Below are positions 18,063 to 27,103 of a stretch of 64,000 nt of DNA, in pieces. The notes beneath the pieces are model-generated. The model saw only the letters and a program-made list of their open reading frames with translations, searched no databases and was not told the origin of the DNA. The first letter of the stretch is position 1, and each line of letters starts with the position of its first letter. A program made the translations under genes and the position numbers. The stretch comes from Myxococcales bacterium. GTDB lineage: Bacteria > Desulfobacterota > Binatia > HRBIN30. The DNA lies in NCBI GenBank assembly GCA_037445065.1, contig JBBILD010000001.1, forward strand, positions 56,716-120,715, in the 5' to 3' direction.

Positions 18063-19670
18063 ATGCAGGCTCGAGATCGTGGCGTTGATGCAATCACACG
18101 CGAGTTGTTCTTACACCGGCTTTCGGCGGTTTGCGAGGAGATGGGGGCTGCGCTCTGCAAAAGTGCGTTTTCTGCAAACATCAAGGAGCGCCGCGACTTT
18201 TCCTGCGCGTTGTTCGACGGGGCGGGCCAATTGGTGGCACAGGCGGCGCACATCCCCGTTCACCTCGGTTCCACGCAGTTGGCAGTGAAGGAAGCCCTTG
18301 GTCTCGTCACAATGTCGGCGGGCGACGTGGCAGCCGTGAACGATCCGTTTGCGGGAGGAACGCACCTCCCCGATCTGACGCTCGTTGCCCCTGTGGTTTT
18401 GTCTGGTCGCTCCCGACCGCTGGCCTTCGTAGCTGTGCGTGCGCACCACGCAGACATGGGCGGTATGGTTCCGGGATCCATGCCACTCTCTGAAGAGATC
18501 TTTCAGGAAGGCCTTCGGATCCCGCCGGTCTTGTGTGTGCGCAATCGCCGCTGGGTACCGGAGTTTCTGCGGCTCTTCCTTGCAAACACACGCGTTCCTG
18601 AAGAGCGCCAGGGCGACCTCTTTGCTCAGCTGGCTGCGATCCGCATCGGGCAAGCGCGGATGGCGGGCTTGTGTCGGCGCTTTGGTGCAAGAGTGCTCGA
18701 GACGGTCATGGCGTCCTTGCTGGACTACTCAGAGCAACTGGCTCGTGCACTCATTGCCCGGATTCCGAACGGGCGATACACGGGGCAAGACGTTCTCGAT
18801 GATGATGGTCGGGGCACCCGTGGGATTCAGCTTCGCGTTGCGCTCGAAGTCAAACGTGACTCGATGCGGGTGGATTTTTCGGGTTCCTCGCCTCAGGTGG
18901 CTGGTTGCCTGAACGCAAACGCTGCCATCACCTGGGCAGCGGTTTTGTACGTGCTGCAGACCTTGGCCGGTGGGCGAATTCCGCCAAACGCGGGCTTGAT
19001 GCGGCGGCTGGAGGTGGTTGCTCCGGAGGGGTCCATCGTAAACGCCCGTTTTCCTGCGGCAGTGGCGGGTGGCAACGTAGAAACCTCGCAGAGGTTGGTG
19101 GACGTTCTTTTTCGTGCTCTCGCCCGTGCGTTGCCGGAAGAGATCCCTGCCGCCAGCGGGGGCACGATGAACAACTTGGCCCTTGGTGGTTACGACCCCA
19201 TCCGCAGCCGCTTCTTTACCTACTACGAGACGATCGCCAGTGGGGCAGGGGCTGGCCCGAGTGGCCGCGGTGCGGATGGCATCCACACCCACATGACAAA
19301 CACCTGGAACACACCGATTGAAGCTTTGGAAGCCGCATACCCCGTCCGGGTCACAGCGTACCGCATCCGAGTGCGCTCGGGTGGGGAAGGACGCCACCGG
19401 GGAGGTGCTGGAGTTGTCCGGGAAATAGAGGTGCTTTGCCCGCTGCGCTTCTCCCTATTGAGCGAACGCAGGGTATTCCCCCCTTGGGGTTTGCTCGGGG
19501 CTCAACCTGGCCGGCGGGGCCGGAACGTGCAAGTAGGACGGAACGGTAGGAAGTGGTTACTCCCCGGCAAGGTCGAAGGCCAGCTGGCGCCGGGAGAACG
19601 ACTTCGGATCGAAACCCCGGGGGCTGGGGGGTGGGGCCGAAAGCGGGGAAGGGGTGCACGGGGGAAGTAG
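18063..19670 (+). CDS. Hydantoinase B / 5-oxoprolinase family subunit
   Basis: NIKERRDFSCALFD, HIPVHLGS, NDPFAGGTHLPD, HHADMGG, GGNVETSQR, HTHMTNT and ETPGAGGWG. Confidence 0.9.
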   Translation: MQARDRGVDAITRELFLHRLSAVCEEMGAALCKSAFSANIKERRDFSCALFDGAGQLVAQAAHIPVHLGSTQLAVKEALGLVTMSAGDVAAVNDPFAGGTHLPDLTLVAPVVLSGRSRPLAFVAVRAHHADMGGMVPGSMPLSEEIFQEGLRIPPVLCVRNRRWVPEFLRLFLANTRVPEERQGDLFAQLAAIRIGQARMAGLCRRFGARVLETVMASLLDYSEQLARALIARIPNGRYTGQDVLDDDGRGTRGIQLRVALEVKRDSMRVDFSGSSPQVAGCLNANAAITWAAVLYVLQTLAGGRIPPNAGLMRRLEVVAPEGSIVNARFPAAVAGGNVETSQRLVDVLFRALARALPEEIPAASGGTMNNLALGGYDPIRSRFFTYYETIASGAGAGPSGRGADGIHTHMTNTWNTPIEALEAAYPVRVTAYRIRVRSGGEGRHRGGAGVVREIEVLCPLRFSLLSERRVFPPWGLLGAQPGRRGRNVQVGRNGRKWLLPGKVEGQLAPGERLRIETPGAGGWGRKRGRGARGK

Positions 19671-19735
19671 CGGAGGTCTGGCCGGAGCTGCTTCCCCCGT
19701 GCGGGTTGGGAGGGAAGGGGAGGGGTTGAGGAAGA

Positions 19736-20272
19736 TCACGCCGCAGCAGGCGGTGCCGCGACCGGTTTGGCACCTGTACCGGATCGTTCGCGCCGCTCCA
19801 AACGAGAGAGTCGCTTTTCAAGCGCGTCCAATCTCTCGCATGCCCGCCGAAGCTCCGTGTGCGTAGCCAGATCCAGGCGCTGCGAAAGGAATCTCCGTGC
19901 TCGCTGCTCGAGTCGGTTGGCCGCCAGGCGTAACGGTTCCCGCAGCTGCCGCCTCCAGGTTGCGAACTGTTTCGTGAGTTGACGCGATGATACCGAGAGG
20001 CGTCCCTCGAGCATTTCGAGTTGGCGGCGGGCAAGCTTCTCAACATCCTGCCAGATTTGCTCGCTTTGCGTGCGCATCTCACGACTGATCTGCGCGGCTC
20101 GTTTCTCGGCAGCACGCCCCGCTGCCGCGATTCGCTTGCGCGTGTCCTGCAGCAAACGGGCCGTATTGTCGGGAAACAAGCGCACAACGCGGTCAATCTG
20201 AGCGGTCACCGTGTCCGTCACCGGAGTCGAACCTTTTGGCACCCGTGGCTTCGCAGCCATTTTCCTTGCCAT
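19736..20272 (-). CDS. Coiled-coil phasin / PHA-granule-associated-like protein
   Basis: Helical protein ending RLDLATHTELRRACERLDALEKRL, a PhaI/PhaF-like tail. TCAGGAGG RBS. The longer ORF in the track runs through the tRNA and is spurious. Confidence 0.6.
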   Translation of the reverse strand: MARKMAAKPRVPKGSTPVTDTVTAQIDRVVRLFPDNTARLLQDTRKRIAAAGRAAEKRAAQISREMRTQSEQIWQDVEKLARRQLEMLEGRLSVSSRQLTKQFATWRRQLREPLRLAANRLEQRARRFLSQRLDLATHTELRRACERLDALEKRLSRLERRERSGTGAKPVAAPPAAA

Positions 20273-20293
20273 GAGAGAACCTCCTGACCAGGC

Positions 20294-20335
20294 CATATAA
20301 CGCGGTGCATCATACATGTCAATGCACTGCGTCAT
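20294..20335 (-). promoter_or_regulatory. Sigma-70 promoter with overlapping repeated TGC-rich operator
   Basis: Minus strand TTGACA(20322-20317)-N17-TATATG(20299-20294). Direct repeats ATGACGCAGTGCAT and ATGATGCACCGCGT with 22-nt period. Confidence 0.6.
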
Positions 20336-20428
20336 GGTTGTGCGAGGCGCGGTCCCTGGTCCAGCGCCGTAAACCTCCCAGAAACCAAGTTGAGGAAGCG
20401 GCAGAGGTGCGGCCCTAGGAGAAAGGAC

Positions 20429-20451
20429 CCCACCGTCTGGAAAAGGGTGGG
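20429..20451 (-). terminator. Possible hairpin terminator downstream of the tRNA
   Basis: CCCACC / GGTGGG stem followed by a weak GTCCTTT tail. Confidence 0.3.
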
Positions 20452-20453
20452 AG

Positions 20454-20527
20454 TGGTCGCACGTGGACTCGAACCACGGGCCTCCTGCATGTGAGGCAGG
20501 CGCTCTAACCAGCTGAGCTATGCGACC
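20454..20527 (-). tRNA. tRNA-Val(CAC)
   Basis: GGTCGCA acceptor stem pairs with TGCGACC. D-arm TAGCTCAGCTGGTTAGAGC, anticodon arm CCTGC-CTCACAT-GCAGG, T-loop GTTCGAGTC. 3' CCA is not encoded. Confidence 0.97.
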
Positions 20528-20653
20528 ATGAGCGAAACGTGCCGCTAACACATGCGGCCCGTGGTCGCAAGAAGAGTACGTGCCACCTTGGAAGAAGATC
20601 CTTGCTTGGGGAAGCCCGTGCGATAGAGTGCCGGAGCTTCAGGAGGCTTTGGG

Positions 20654-21658
20654 ATGAGTGTCGCCATGTGGGCAAAGGCGGTTCGAGTAATCCCACGGGT
20701 TGATAAAACGGAGTGGGAGCAACTCGACGTCATCTCTCGCTGGTTGATTGCAACGCGCTCTGCGGTCTTGGTGATGACCTTGAATTCCGCTGTGCTGGCA
20801 GGATTGTTGGCCTGGCGGGATGGAAAATTTTCGTTTTTGCCCTGGCTGTTGGTGACGGTTGGGCTTTTGCTCGCGCACGCTACGAATAATCTGGTGAACG
20901 ACCTCACCGACCACTGGAAGGGTGTTGACCGGGACAACTATTTCCGGGCTCAGTACGGCCCGCAGCCGCTCGAGCATGGTTTGCTCTCGATTCGCGAAGT
21001 GCTCGCTTACATCGCGGTGACCGGAGGGACCGCGTTGCTTGTGGGGCTGGTGCTGGTTTACTGGAGGGGTGCACCAGTTGCGGCTTTGCTCGCAGCAGGC
21101 GCGTTCTTTGTACTGTTTTATACTTGGCCGCTGAAATTCATTGGCTTGGGCGAGCCAGCTGTGGTGGCTGTGTGGGGGCCGCTGATGGTGGGTGGCGGGT
21201 ATTTTGTCGTAACCGGAGAGCTTCGCGGAAGCATACTTTGGGCAAGTTTGCCACTCGCCTTGGCGGCCACCAGCGTGCTGTTTGGTAAACATATCGACAA
21301 GCACGATGCTGACCGAGAAAAAAGAATTTATACCCTGCCGGTACTCTTGGGCGAGCGGGCCGCGCGCTGGGTGGCGGTTGTCTTGATAATCGCGATGTAC
21401 GCGGTGACACTGGCGCTGGTCTTGAGCGGTGCGTTCGGTTGGCCCCTCTTACTGGTCGTTGGTGCGCTGCCTGCGGGTCACCTGGCGGTACGGGTGTACT
21501 TGCAGCCGCGACCAAAAACTCCTCCCGAGGAATATCCACTAGGAATCTGGCCGTTGTGGTATTCTGCGTTTGCGTTTCGCCACACGCGCCGGTTCGGCGC
21601 CCTGTTCTTGTTGGGCACGGCGCTAGAAGCCGGCATGTGGCGTCTGTTCGGCGGTTGA
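20654..21658 (+). CDS. menA: 1,4-dihydroxy-2-naphthoate polyprenyltransferase (UbiA family, MenA-like)
   Basis: ATR motif, NNLVNDLTDHWKGVD, YTWPLKFIGLGE, DKHDADREKRIYTL and multiple TMs. Confidence 0.8.
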   Translation: MSVAMWAKAVRVIPRVDKTEWEQLDVISRWLIATRSAVLVMTLNSAVLAGLLAWRDGKFSFLPWLLVTVGLLLAHATNNLVNDLTDHWKGVDRDNYFRAQYGPQPLEHGLLSIREVLAYIAVTGGTALLVGLVLVYWRGAPVAALLAAGAFFVLFYTWPLKFIGLGEPAVVAVWGPLMVGGGYFVVTGELRGSILWASLPLALAATSVLFGKHIDKHDADREKRIYTLPVLLGERAARWVAVVLIIAMYAVTLALVLSGAFGWPLLLVVGALPAGHLAVRVYLQPRPKTPPEEYPLGIWPLWYSAFAFRHTRRFGALFLLGTALEAGMWRLFGG

Positions 21659-21695
21659 TAAAGGCCTGACAAAAGTCCTCGTTTCGGAGGTCAGT

Positions 21696-22976
21696 ATGGG
21701 CGTCGAAATACAGCAGGCACCCGTGGAGCAGCTCGACATCATTAGTGCGAGAACCTACGGAGAACACGGTTATCCGCACGAGGCCTGGGCCAGGCTGCGT
21801 CGTGAAGCTCCGGTCTGTTTCATGCGACCGCCCGGTTACCGCCCTTTTTGGGCGATCACGAAGCACGCTGATGTGATCGAGGTCTCCACGCAACCGGATA
21901 AGTTCAAAAGCGCGGGGCGATTCATCCTGTTTCCCGAGGCTGCTGAGTCCTCTGGACCTCGTCTCGAAGAAGACCCGCCCCTGCGTATGCTGGTTAACAT
22001 GGATCCCCCGGAACACCGAACCTACCGACGTCTCGTTAGCGGTTGGTTTACACCTCGAGCGATTGCCCGCTTGGAGCAACGGCTGGTCGAAATCACGCAC
22101 GAAATCTTTGATGATCTCGCTGGCGACGGCGGTTGGCGCGAATGCGACTTTGTGCGTGATGTGGCGGCTCTCCAGCCCTTGCGGATGATCACAGAGATCC
22201 TGGGGATTCCCAGACAAGATGAGCAGTTCGTGTTGCGGGTGACAAACGAAAACTTCGGCCTCGAGGACCCCGAGTTTCAGCGACCTGGTGACACGCGTGC
22301 GGAGCGCTTGGGTTTTTTGCAAGAAGCGTTTGCCTATTTACAGCAGATCACGGAAGACCGGCGCGCGAACCCGCGCGAAGATTTGAGTACGGTGCTGGCG
22401 CACGCCACGATCAACGGAGAGCCGGTACCGCAATTTGAGTTGTTTTCGCTGTATTTCTTGATCATGGTCGCTGGGCATGACACCACCAGGAACTCAATTG
22501 CAGGAGGTCTCCTGGCCTTGATCGAGCACCCACAGGAGCTGGCACGGCTTCGCGCAAATCCCCACCTCATTGAAACCGGAGCGGACGAAATTGTTCGCTG
22601 GACAAGCCCTGTGATTCACTTTTCCCGCACGGCGACGGTGGACTACGAGCTGCGTGGCCAGAGGATCCGCAAGGGGGACTCGGTGGCTTTGTTTTATCCG
22701 TCCGCGAATCGTGACGAAGAAGTATTCCCGGACCCGTTTGTTTTCCGCTTGGATCGGGAACCCAATCCACACTTGGGGTTTGGAGTCGGAGAGCATTTCT
22801 GTTTGGGAGCGCACTTGGCACGGCTCGACATCAAGGTGTTTTTTCGAGAGTTCGCGCGCCGTGTCGAGGCAATCGAACTTGCCGGCCCCGTGGAGCGCTT
22901 ACACGCTAGTTTTGTCGGGGGTCCCAAGCGCATGCCCATTCGGTGGCGGCTAAAGCCGCGCGCCGCCGTAAACTGA
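21696..22976 (+). CDS. Cytochrome P450 (CYP125/CYP124-like)
   Basis: MDPPEH, AGHDTT, EIVRW (ExxR) and HLGFGVGEHFCLG heme motif. Confidence 0.95.
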   Translation: MGVEIQQAPVEQLDIISARTYGEHGYPHEAWARLRREAPVCFMRPPGYRPFWAITKHADVIEVSTQPDKFKSAGRFILFPEAAESSGPRLEEDPPLRMLVNMDPPEHRTYRRLVSGWFTPRAIARLEQRLVEITHEIFDDLAGDGGWRECDFVRDVAALQPLRMITEILGIPRQDEQFVLRVTNENFGLEDPEFQRPGDTRAERLGFLQEAFAYLQQITEDRRANPREDLSTVLAHATINGEPVPQFELFSLYFLIMVAGHDTTRNSIAGGLLALIEHPQELARLRANPHLIETGADEIVRWTSPVIHFSRTATVDYELRGQRIRKGDSVALFYPSANRDEEVFPDPFVFRLDREPNPHLGFGVGEHFCLGAHLARLDIKVFFREFARRVEAIELAGPVERLHASFVGGPKRMPIRWRLKPRAAVN

Positions 22977-23095
22977 CCGGCGGCTACGCTTCCCCGCCGG
23001 TGTCCACGTAAGCGGCAGCCGGGTGGAGCCACGCATCTATGTTGCTCTTCCCGTGTCGATCCGCCGCCCTCAGTTTGCCAAACGACCAACGGTGC

Positions 23096-26000
23096 TCAGC
23101 GACAGACAAACGTACTCCCGCTTCGTGAGAACTCACACCGAGGGCGCACGCTAGTGCTTTCATTGAACGTAAGGCTGCTGCACTGTCCCATTGCTGCGCG
23201 GCTCTGATTACCGAGGACAACGATCAGCTGAACCGGGTCCTTGCCTGGCTGAATCTGAAAATCGCCGGTCTTTCCTTTGATGGTCACGGTAAAAAGACCC
23301 GGCGTCCGCGTGGAACTGCGAACGGTTGCCTTTACAATGTCCCCTTGGAGCCGGTCAGGGTCGCGGTAAGTGGCTACATGGCCGCTGGTACTGAGTCGCC
23401 AACCAACGTCCGAGCGCGAGGTGGCAGCGCCTCCCGGAACGATCCTTTGCCACAGCAGATTCCCGTTTCGATCGAGCACCGCGAAACGGATTCCCTCCGC
23501 AACTGGGTTAGGCGCTGGGACGGCGGGTGCGAGCATCCAGGCCACCCGAATGCTGAGGTTTTCATCGCCTGCTGGATCGGGGTTCCGTGTGATCTTCAGT
23601 TTTGCTGGAGAAGGAACAGTAGTGCCGCTGCAAAAGACTTCTGGCAGTGGGGTCGTTGTTGGCGTTGGGGTCTCGGTTTCCGTAGGGGTCGGCGTCTCGG
23701 ATGGTGTGGGCGTCTCGGATGGTGTGGGCGTCGAGGTCGGAGTCTGAGTGGGGGGATCCGTTGGCGTCTGCGTGGGCGTCCAGGTCGGTGTCAGTGTGGG
23801 CCCGCCGGGTGTGATTGTCACAGTAGGTGTTGGGGTGGGCGTAAAGGTGAGGCTGGGTGTCGGCGAGAGCGTGGGAGTGCTTGTCCGGGTTATGGTTGCT
23901 GAGGGCGTCCAGGTTAGGGTTGGGGTCGGTGTCAGCGTGGGCACGGGCGAGAGGGTCGGGGTCTGGGTGGCGGTCAAAGTTTGGCTCGGCGAGGGCGTGG
24001 CTGTGCGCGTCGGGGTTCGTGACGCAGTCGCCGTGGACGTAGCGCTAGGAGTGGGGGTGGCAGTCGCGAAGTTCGGGGTGCTGTTGGGGTCAGCCGGGTC
24101 GGAGCCCGCGTCGATTTCGTCGCGATCGAAATAAGAGTCCTCGTCACGGTCGACGCCCATCCGCACCGCGGATCCTAACGGGACGGCCGTATACGTAAGC
24201 TCCTGACCTGGGATGGAAGCCACCATGCGCAGGGAAGAATCGGTCCAGGCGGGCTCACCGGCTCGGTCGCTTTGGAAGGTACCAGTGGCTGTACGGTACC
24301 AGCCGCGCATCTCGCCGTTGTAAAAACCTTTCACGACGATGTCCGTTTCCCCCGCGGCAGCGCGCTGCAAAAGCAGGTCGATGCGCGGATTAGCCACTGC
24401 AGCGTTGGCTGAGGTCAGGGTAACCTGCTGTCCAACAACGGGGAAGAGATCCGTGTCGAACGCGAGCAGAAACTGCTCCACATTGCGCCGCTGGGTGTCC
24501 CCGCCGTCGAAGCCAGCCCCATTTTGGTTATTGAAGACGGTGGCATTGAGAAATCGAAAGAGGGTGTCCACGCTACCGTCGTGGAGAAAGCCGAAGCCCC
24601 GGATTTGGTCACCCTTGTGTCCGTTGTCGCCAGAGTTGAAGAACGGAACGGCTGCCATCCCGAACATTCCGACTTTTTGGTAGAGGTTTCGCAGGTGGGC
24701 GATCTTGATGACTTGAGGCTCGTTTTCGAAGCTGGCCTTCCCATCTGTGCCGAAGAACCCTTGAGCACGGTTTGTCACGTGGCAGCCGTTGCAAGTGTGT
24801 CCAAGCGCGCTGTCCGTACCATCCGTGCCGAACGGGATTCCATCTGCGCGGCGAGGACCAAAGAAGAAGTCGCGGCCCGCTTGCTGTGCCGGTGTGAGGG
24901 AGTTGTCTAGGGCGCGGATGGGATTCGGCGGCAACTTTACTTGCAAGATAAAGTCAGTAAACGCTTGCATCTCTGCTGCGGTGAGTTGCGCGCTTCGGCC
25001 AAGCAGTCCAGGGAAAGCGACGTTGAACGCCTTGAACGCAAGATCCGCGCTGAAGGGCTGAGAACTTCCTCCATTGCGGTCACCCCGCCAGTGCATGGCC
25101 CCGTGGTTGACGAGCCCTCGTAACGTTTGCGTGGTCATCGGGCCTTTCATTGGATGAAAATCGCGGAACACTCCGCTGGGAATGAACGAAGCCAGTTTCA
25201 CAGGAAGCGGGTTCGTCTGGGTTTCATCGTCCGGGTTGCCGAGATCCCAGGCGAGGCTGTCGAGGTCTGCGAAGATGTGACAACTTGCACACGCTGCTTC
25301 TCCGTTGCTCGAGGTATATTGCGCATCGTACAAAAAGCGCCGCCCATTAATCACCGAAGCCGGTTCGGGATTATAGAGGGACACGTGGTCCACCTCGGTT
25401 TTGGTCGCCGTGTCCACGATTGCGATCCCGTTGTCGAAACGCGTCAGGACGTAAAGTCGTTGCCGCGTTTCATCGAGGGCCAAACCCGCCGGCCCGCCGC
25501 CGCTGACAGAAATGTAGTTGGCGCCGTTCGGAACAAATGTGTCGGCCTCGAGTTCGGCAGTTTGAAAAACGCCGACTTTGCTGGAGCCGAAAGCCGCGAC
25601 GTACAGGGTCTGGCCATCACTGGTCACGACCATGTCCAGCGGTGTGGCAAGGCTGTGATCCTTGGCCCCTGGCGGAGCTGGGCGCTGACTGTAGTCAATG
25701 TGCTTGTTCAGATGGCGTGGTAGCACATTGGAGCCGGACAGAACCGTAATCCTCGCCTCGGCGAGGTGCCCTTGCACTGTGGTTCCCCCGAACTGGGCCG
25801 CAAAGACTCCGGGACCTTCGAACCGAAACTCGTTGCGCGCCTCGAAGTTGCTCACGTAAATTTTCCCGGTAACCGGGTTCGTGACCATGTTGAACAAGAT
25901 CGTCCCGACACCGGCGAAGTAGCCCGCTCCACCGGGGAGTTGGGCCGGCGGGTTGGCGTTGGCGTCGATGACAAACACGTCCTTGTCGGGTAAGTTGAAT

Positions 26001-26926
26001 TTGACGGCATTGTTCCAGTTGCGCCCACACACGCTTCCTGGGCAGTCCGCATCGGTGGTACAACTCCAGCCGTACTTAGACCCACCTGCGCACGCCTTAT
26101 CCGACCAGTACGATCCATTCCACTTGACGATGAGGCCGACCTCGGGCGCCGCCGCACCGGTGTGATCGCGCGTAGGCAGCGGTAATCCGCCCGGGTATGT
26201 CACTCCAGAAACCGTGCAGGGCCCCGCAACTACGTTATCCCCTTTGTTCGAGTCGTCGCACACGACGCCTTCGTTGACCACCGTGGTTTGGTTTCCAGAG
26301 TGAAAGACCGCCGCGTACACTCTGCTGCCATCCGGACTGACGGCAAGAGCGCGCGGCGTATCGCCAAACAACGTGAGGATGGCCAAGGGTATGCCGCCCA
26401 GCGAGCTTCCGAGATTGTTGGCATCGAAGACCCACACATCCGCGCGCCCGATTCCGGGTGTGGTGAGTTGGGGGTCGTTCGGGTTATTTTGCCCGCGATG
26501 GGCACACGTGATAAACGCCCGATTTCTGCCCGGGCCGGCGAACACGATGTCCCGTGGTTCATCTCCGACTAATAGAGTGCGAACGACGCGGGCAGGGAGG
26601 GACGACAGGTCCACAATGCTCACAGAGTCCGACAAGTGGTTGACTACCCAGACCTCGGTGTTCGTGCGGGCAGCCACCGCCACTGGTTCTAAGCCTACTG
26701 GCACGGAGTCCAAATGCGTCAGGGATCCGTCAGGATTAATGGAAAAGATTTCTAGGCGGCTGTCAGGGATGTTGGTCGCAAAAAGCTTGCTCCCGTCGGG
26801 GGACTTGGCCAGCGGCCGCACGGGGCCACTTTCGAACAGTGTGTACGGGCCTGCCGCGAGAACCCGAGGCAACGACAATAGTAACGTGAATCCAACCCAA
26901 AACGCCCCGCGTGCGAGCGATTGCAT
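23096..26926 (-). CDS. Large secreted YVTN/YncE beta-propeller plus di-heme (CCP/MauG-like) protein with Pro/Thr linker and Cys-containing C-terminal domain
   Basis: Signal peptide. Propeller repeats (VPVGLEPVAVA, VGDEPRDIVFA). CASCH and CNGCH heme motifs, HWRGDR, FLHDGS. Acidic DRDEDSYFD...DPADP motif and TPTP linker. Confidence 0.8.
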   Translation of the reverse strand: MQSLARGAFWVGFTLLLSLPRVLAAGPYTLFESGPVRPLAKSPDGSKLFATNIPDSRLEIFSINPDGSLTHLDSVPVGLEPVAVAARTNTEVWVVNHLSDSVSIVDLSSLPARVVRTLLVGDEPRDIVFAGPGRNRAFITCAHRGQNNPNDPQLTTPGIGRADVWVFDANNLGSSLGGIPLAILTLFGDTPRALAVSPDGSRVYAAVFHSGNQTTVVNEGVVCDDSNKGDNVVAGPCTVSGVTYPGGLPLPTRDHTGAAAPEVGLIVKWNGSYWSDKACAGGSKYGWSCTTDADCPGSVCGRNWNNAVKFNLPDKDVFVIDANANPPAQLPGGAGYFAGVGTILFNMVTNPVTGKIYVSNFEARNEFRFEGPGVFAAQFGGTTVQGHLAEARITVLSGSNVLPRHLNKHIDYSQRPAPPGAKDHSLATPLDMVVTSDGQTLYVAAFGSSKVGVFQTAELEADTFVPNGANYISVSGGGPAGLALDETRQRLYVLTRFDNGIAIVDTATKTEVDHVSLYNPEPASVINGRRFLYDAQYTSSNGEAACASCHIFADLDSLAWDLGNPDDETQTNPLPVKLASFIPSGVFRDFHPMKGPMTTQTLRGLVNHGAMHWRGDRNGGSSQPFSADLAFKAFNVAFPGLLGRSAQLTAAEMQAFTDFILQVKLPPNPIRALDNSLTPAQQAGRDFFFGPRRADGIPFGTDGTDSALGHTCNGCHVTNRAQGFFGTDGKASFENEPQVIKIAHLRNLYQKVGMFGMAAVPFFNSGDNGHKGDQIRGFGFLHDGSVDTLFRFLNATVFNNQNGAGFDGGDTQRRNVEQFLLAFDTDLFPVVGQQVTLTSANAAVANPRIDLLLQRAAAGETDIVVKGFYNGEMRGWYRTATGTFQSDRAGEPAWTDSSLRMVASIPGQELTYTAVPLGSAVRMGVDRDEDSYFDRDEIDAGSDPADPNSTPNFATATPTPSATSTATASRTPTRTATPSPSQTLTATQTPTLSPVPTLTPTPTLTWTPSATITRTSTPTLSPTPSLTFTPTPTPTVTITPGGPTLTPTWTPTQTPTDPPTQTPTSTPTPSETPTPSETPTPTETETPTPTTTPLPEVFCSGTTVPSPAKLKITRNPDPAGDENLSIRVAWMLAPAVPAPNPVAEGIRFAVLDRNGNLLWQRIVPGGAATSRSDVGWRLSTSGHVATYRDPDRLQGDIVKATVRSSTRTPGLFTVTIKGKTGDFQIQPGKDPVQLIVVLGNQSRAAMGQCSSLTFNESTSVRPRCEFSRSGSTFVCR
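23644..24068 (-). repeat. Pro/Thr-rich low-complexity linker (TPTP repeats) inside the CDS
   Basis: About 140 aa of (T/S)PT repeats, including tandem TPTPSE units. Confidence 0.9.
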
Positions 26927-27039
26927 AGCCGTGTCCAATCTTCCCTCCCCAGATGGGGCGTCGCTTACCACAGGTGGAGTTCGATTGACAACACAATAAC
27001 GCAACCTTCTTGTGCCACGGGAGGACAAAGCGCGAGGCG

Positions 27040-27065
27040 GGAATAAAATGAAAAGAATGAACGTA
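27040..27065 (+). promoter_or_regulatory. Candidate ECF (SigR/SigH-type) autoregulatory promoter
   Basis: GGAAT-N17-CGTA with an A-rich spacer, 38 nt upstream of the ECF sigma start. It resembles the GGAAT-N18-GTT SigR/SigH consensus. Confidence 0.55.
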
Positions 27066-27103
27066 GTAAGTGGCGGTAGTTGTAAAAGCTAGAAAACCAT
27101 AAG

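Noticed and set aside
18063-19670. Hydantoinase B without its A subunit as a pseudogene or remnant
   Set aside because: The ORF is full length with intact motifs, and split locations of the A and B subunits are common.
20454-20527. tRNA as an integration site for a genomic island
   Set aside because: No integrase is nearby, I saw no duplicate of the tRNA 3' end, and there is no evident compositional break.
20273-20551. N-terminal extension of the 271-aa ORF 19736..20551
   Set aside because: It runs through the tRNA-Val gene and the promoter. The RBS-supported start is 20272.
20654-21658. The UbiA-family gene as the missing DPPR synthase for the DprE1/E2 operon
   Set aside because: Its motifs (NDxxDxxxGxD, LGE, DxxxDxxxxxxTL) are MenA-like, and it is 8 kb away on the opposite strand.
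21138-22322. Long antisense ORFs (e.g. 21138..22322, 28439..29398, 32851..33774, 45667..46878, 61423..62433)
   Set aside because: They are shadow or alternative-frame ORFs of well-supported genes, as expected at high GC, and show no recognisable motifs.
23644-24068. Repetitive GGTGTGGGCGTC-type DNA as a CRISPR array or VNTR
   Set aside because: The repeats are codon-phased and encode a Pro/Thr linker. There are no unique spacers or cas genes.
26999-27018. TGGCAC...TTGC on the minus strand upstream of the propeller gene as a sigma-54 promoter
   Set aside because: GG-to-GC spacing is 12 nt, not the required 10.
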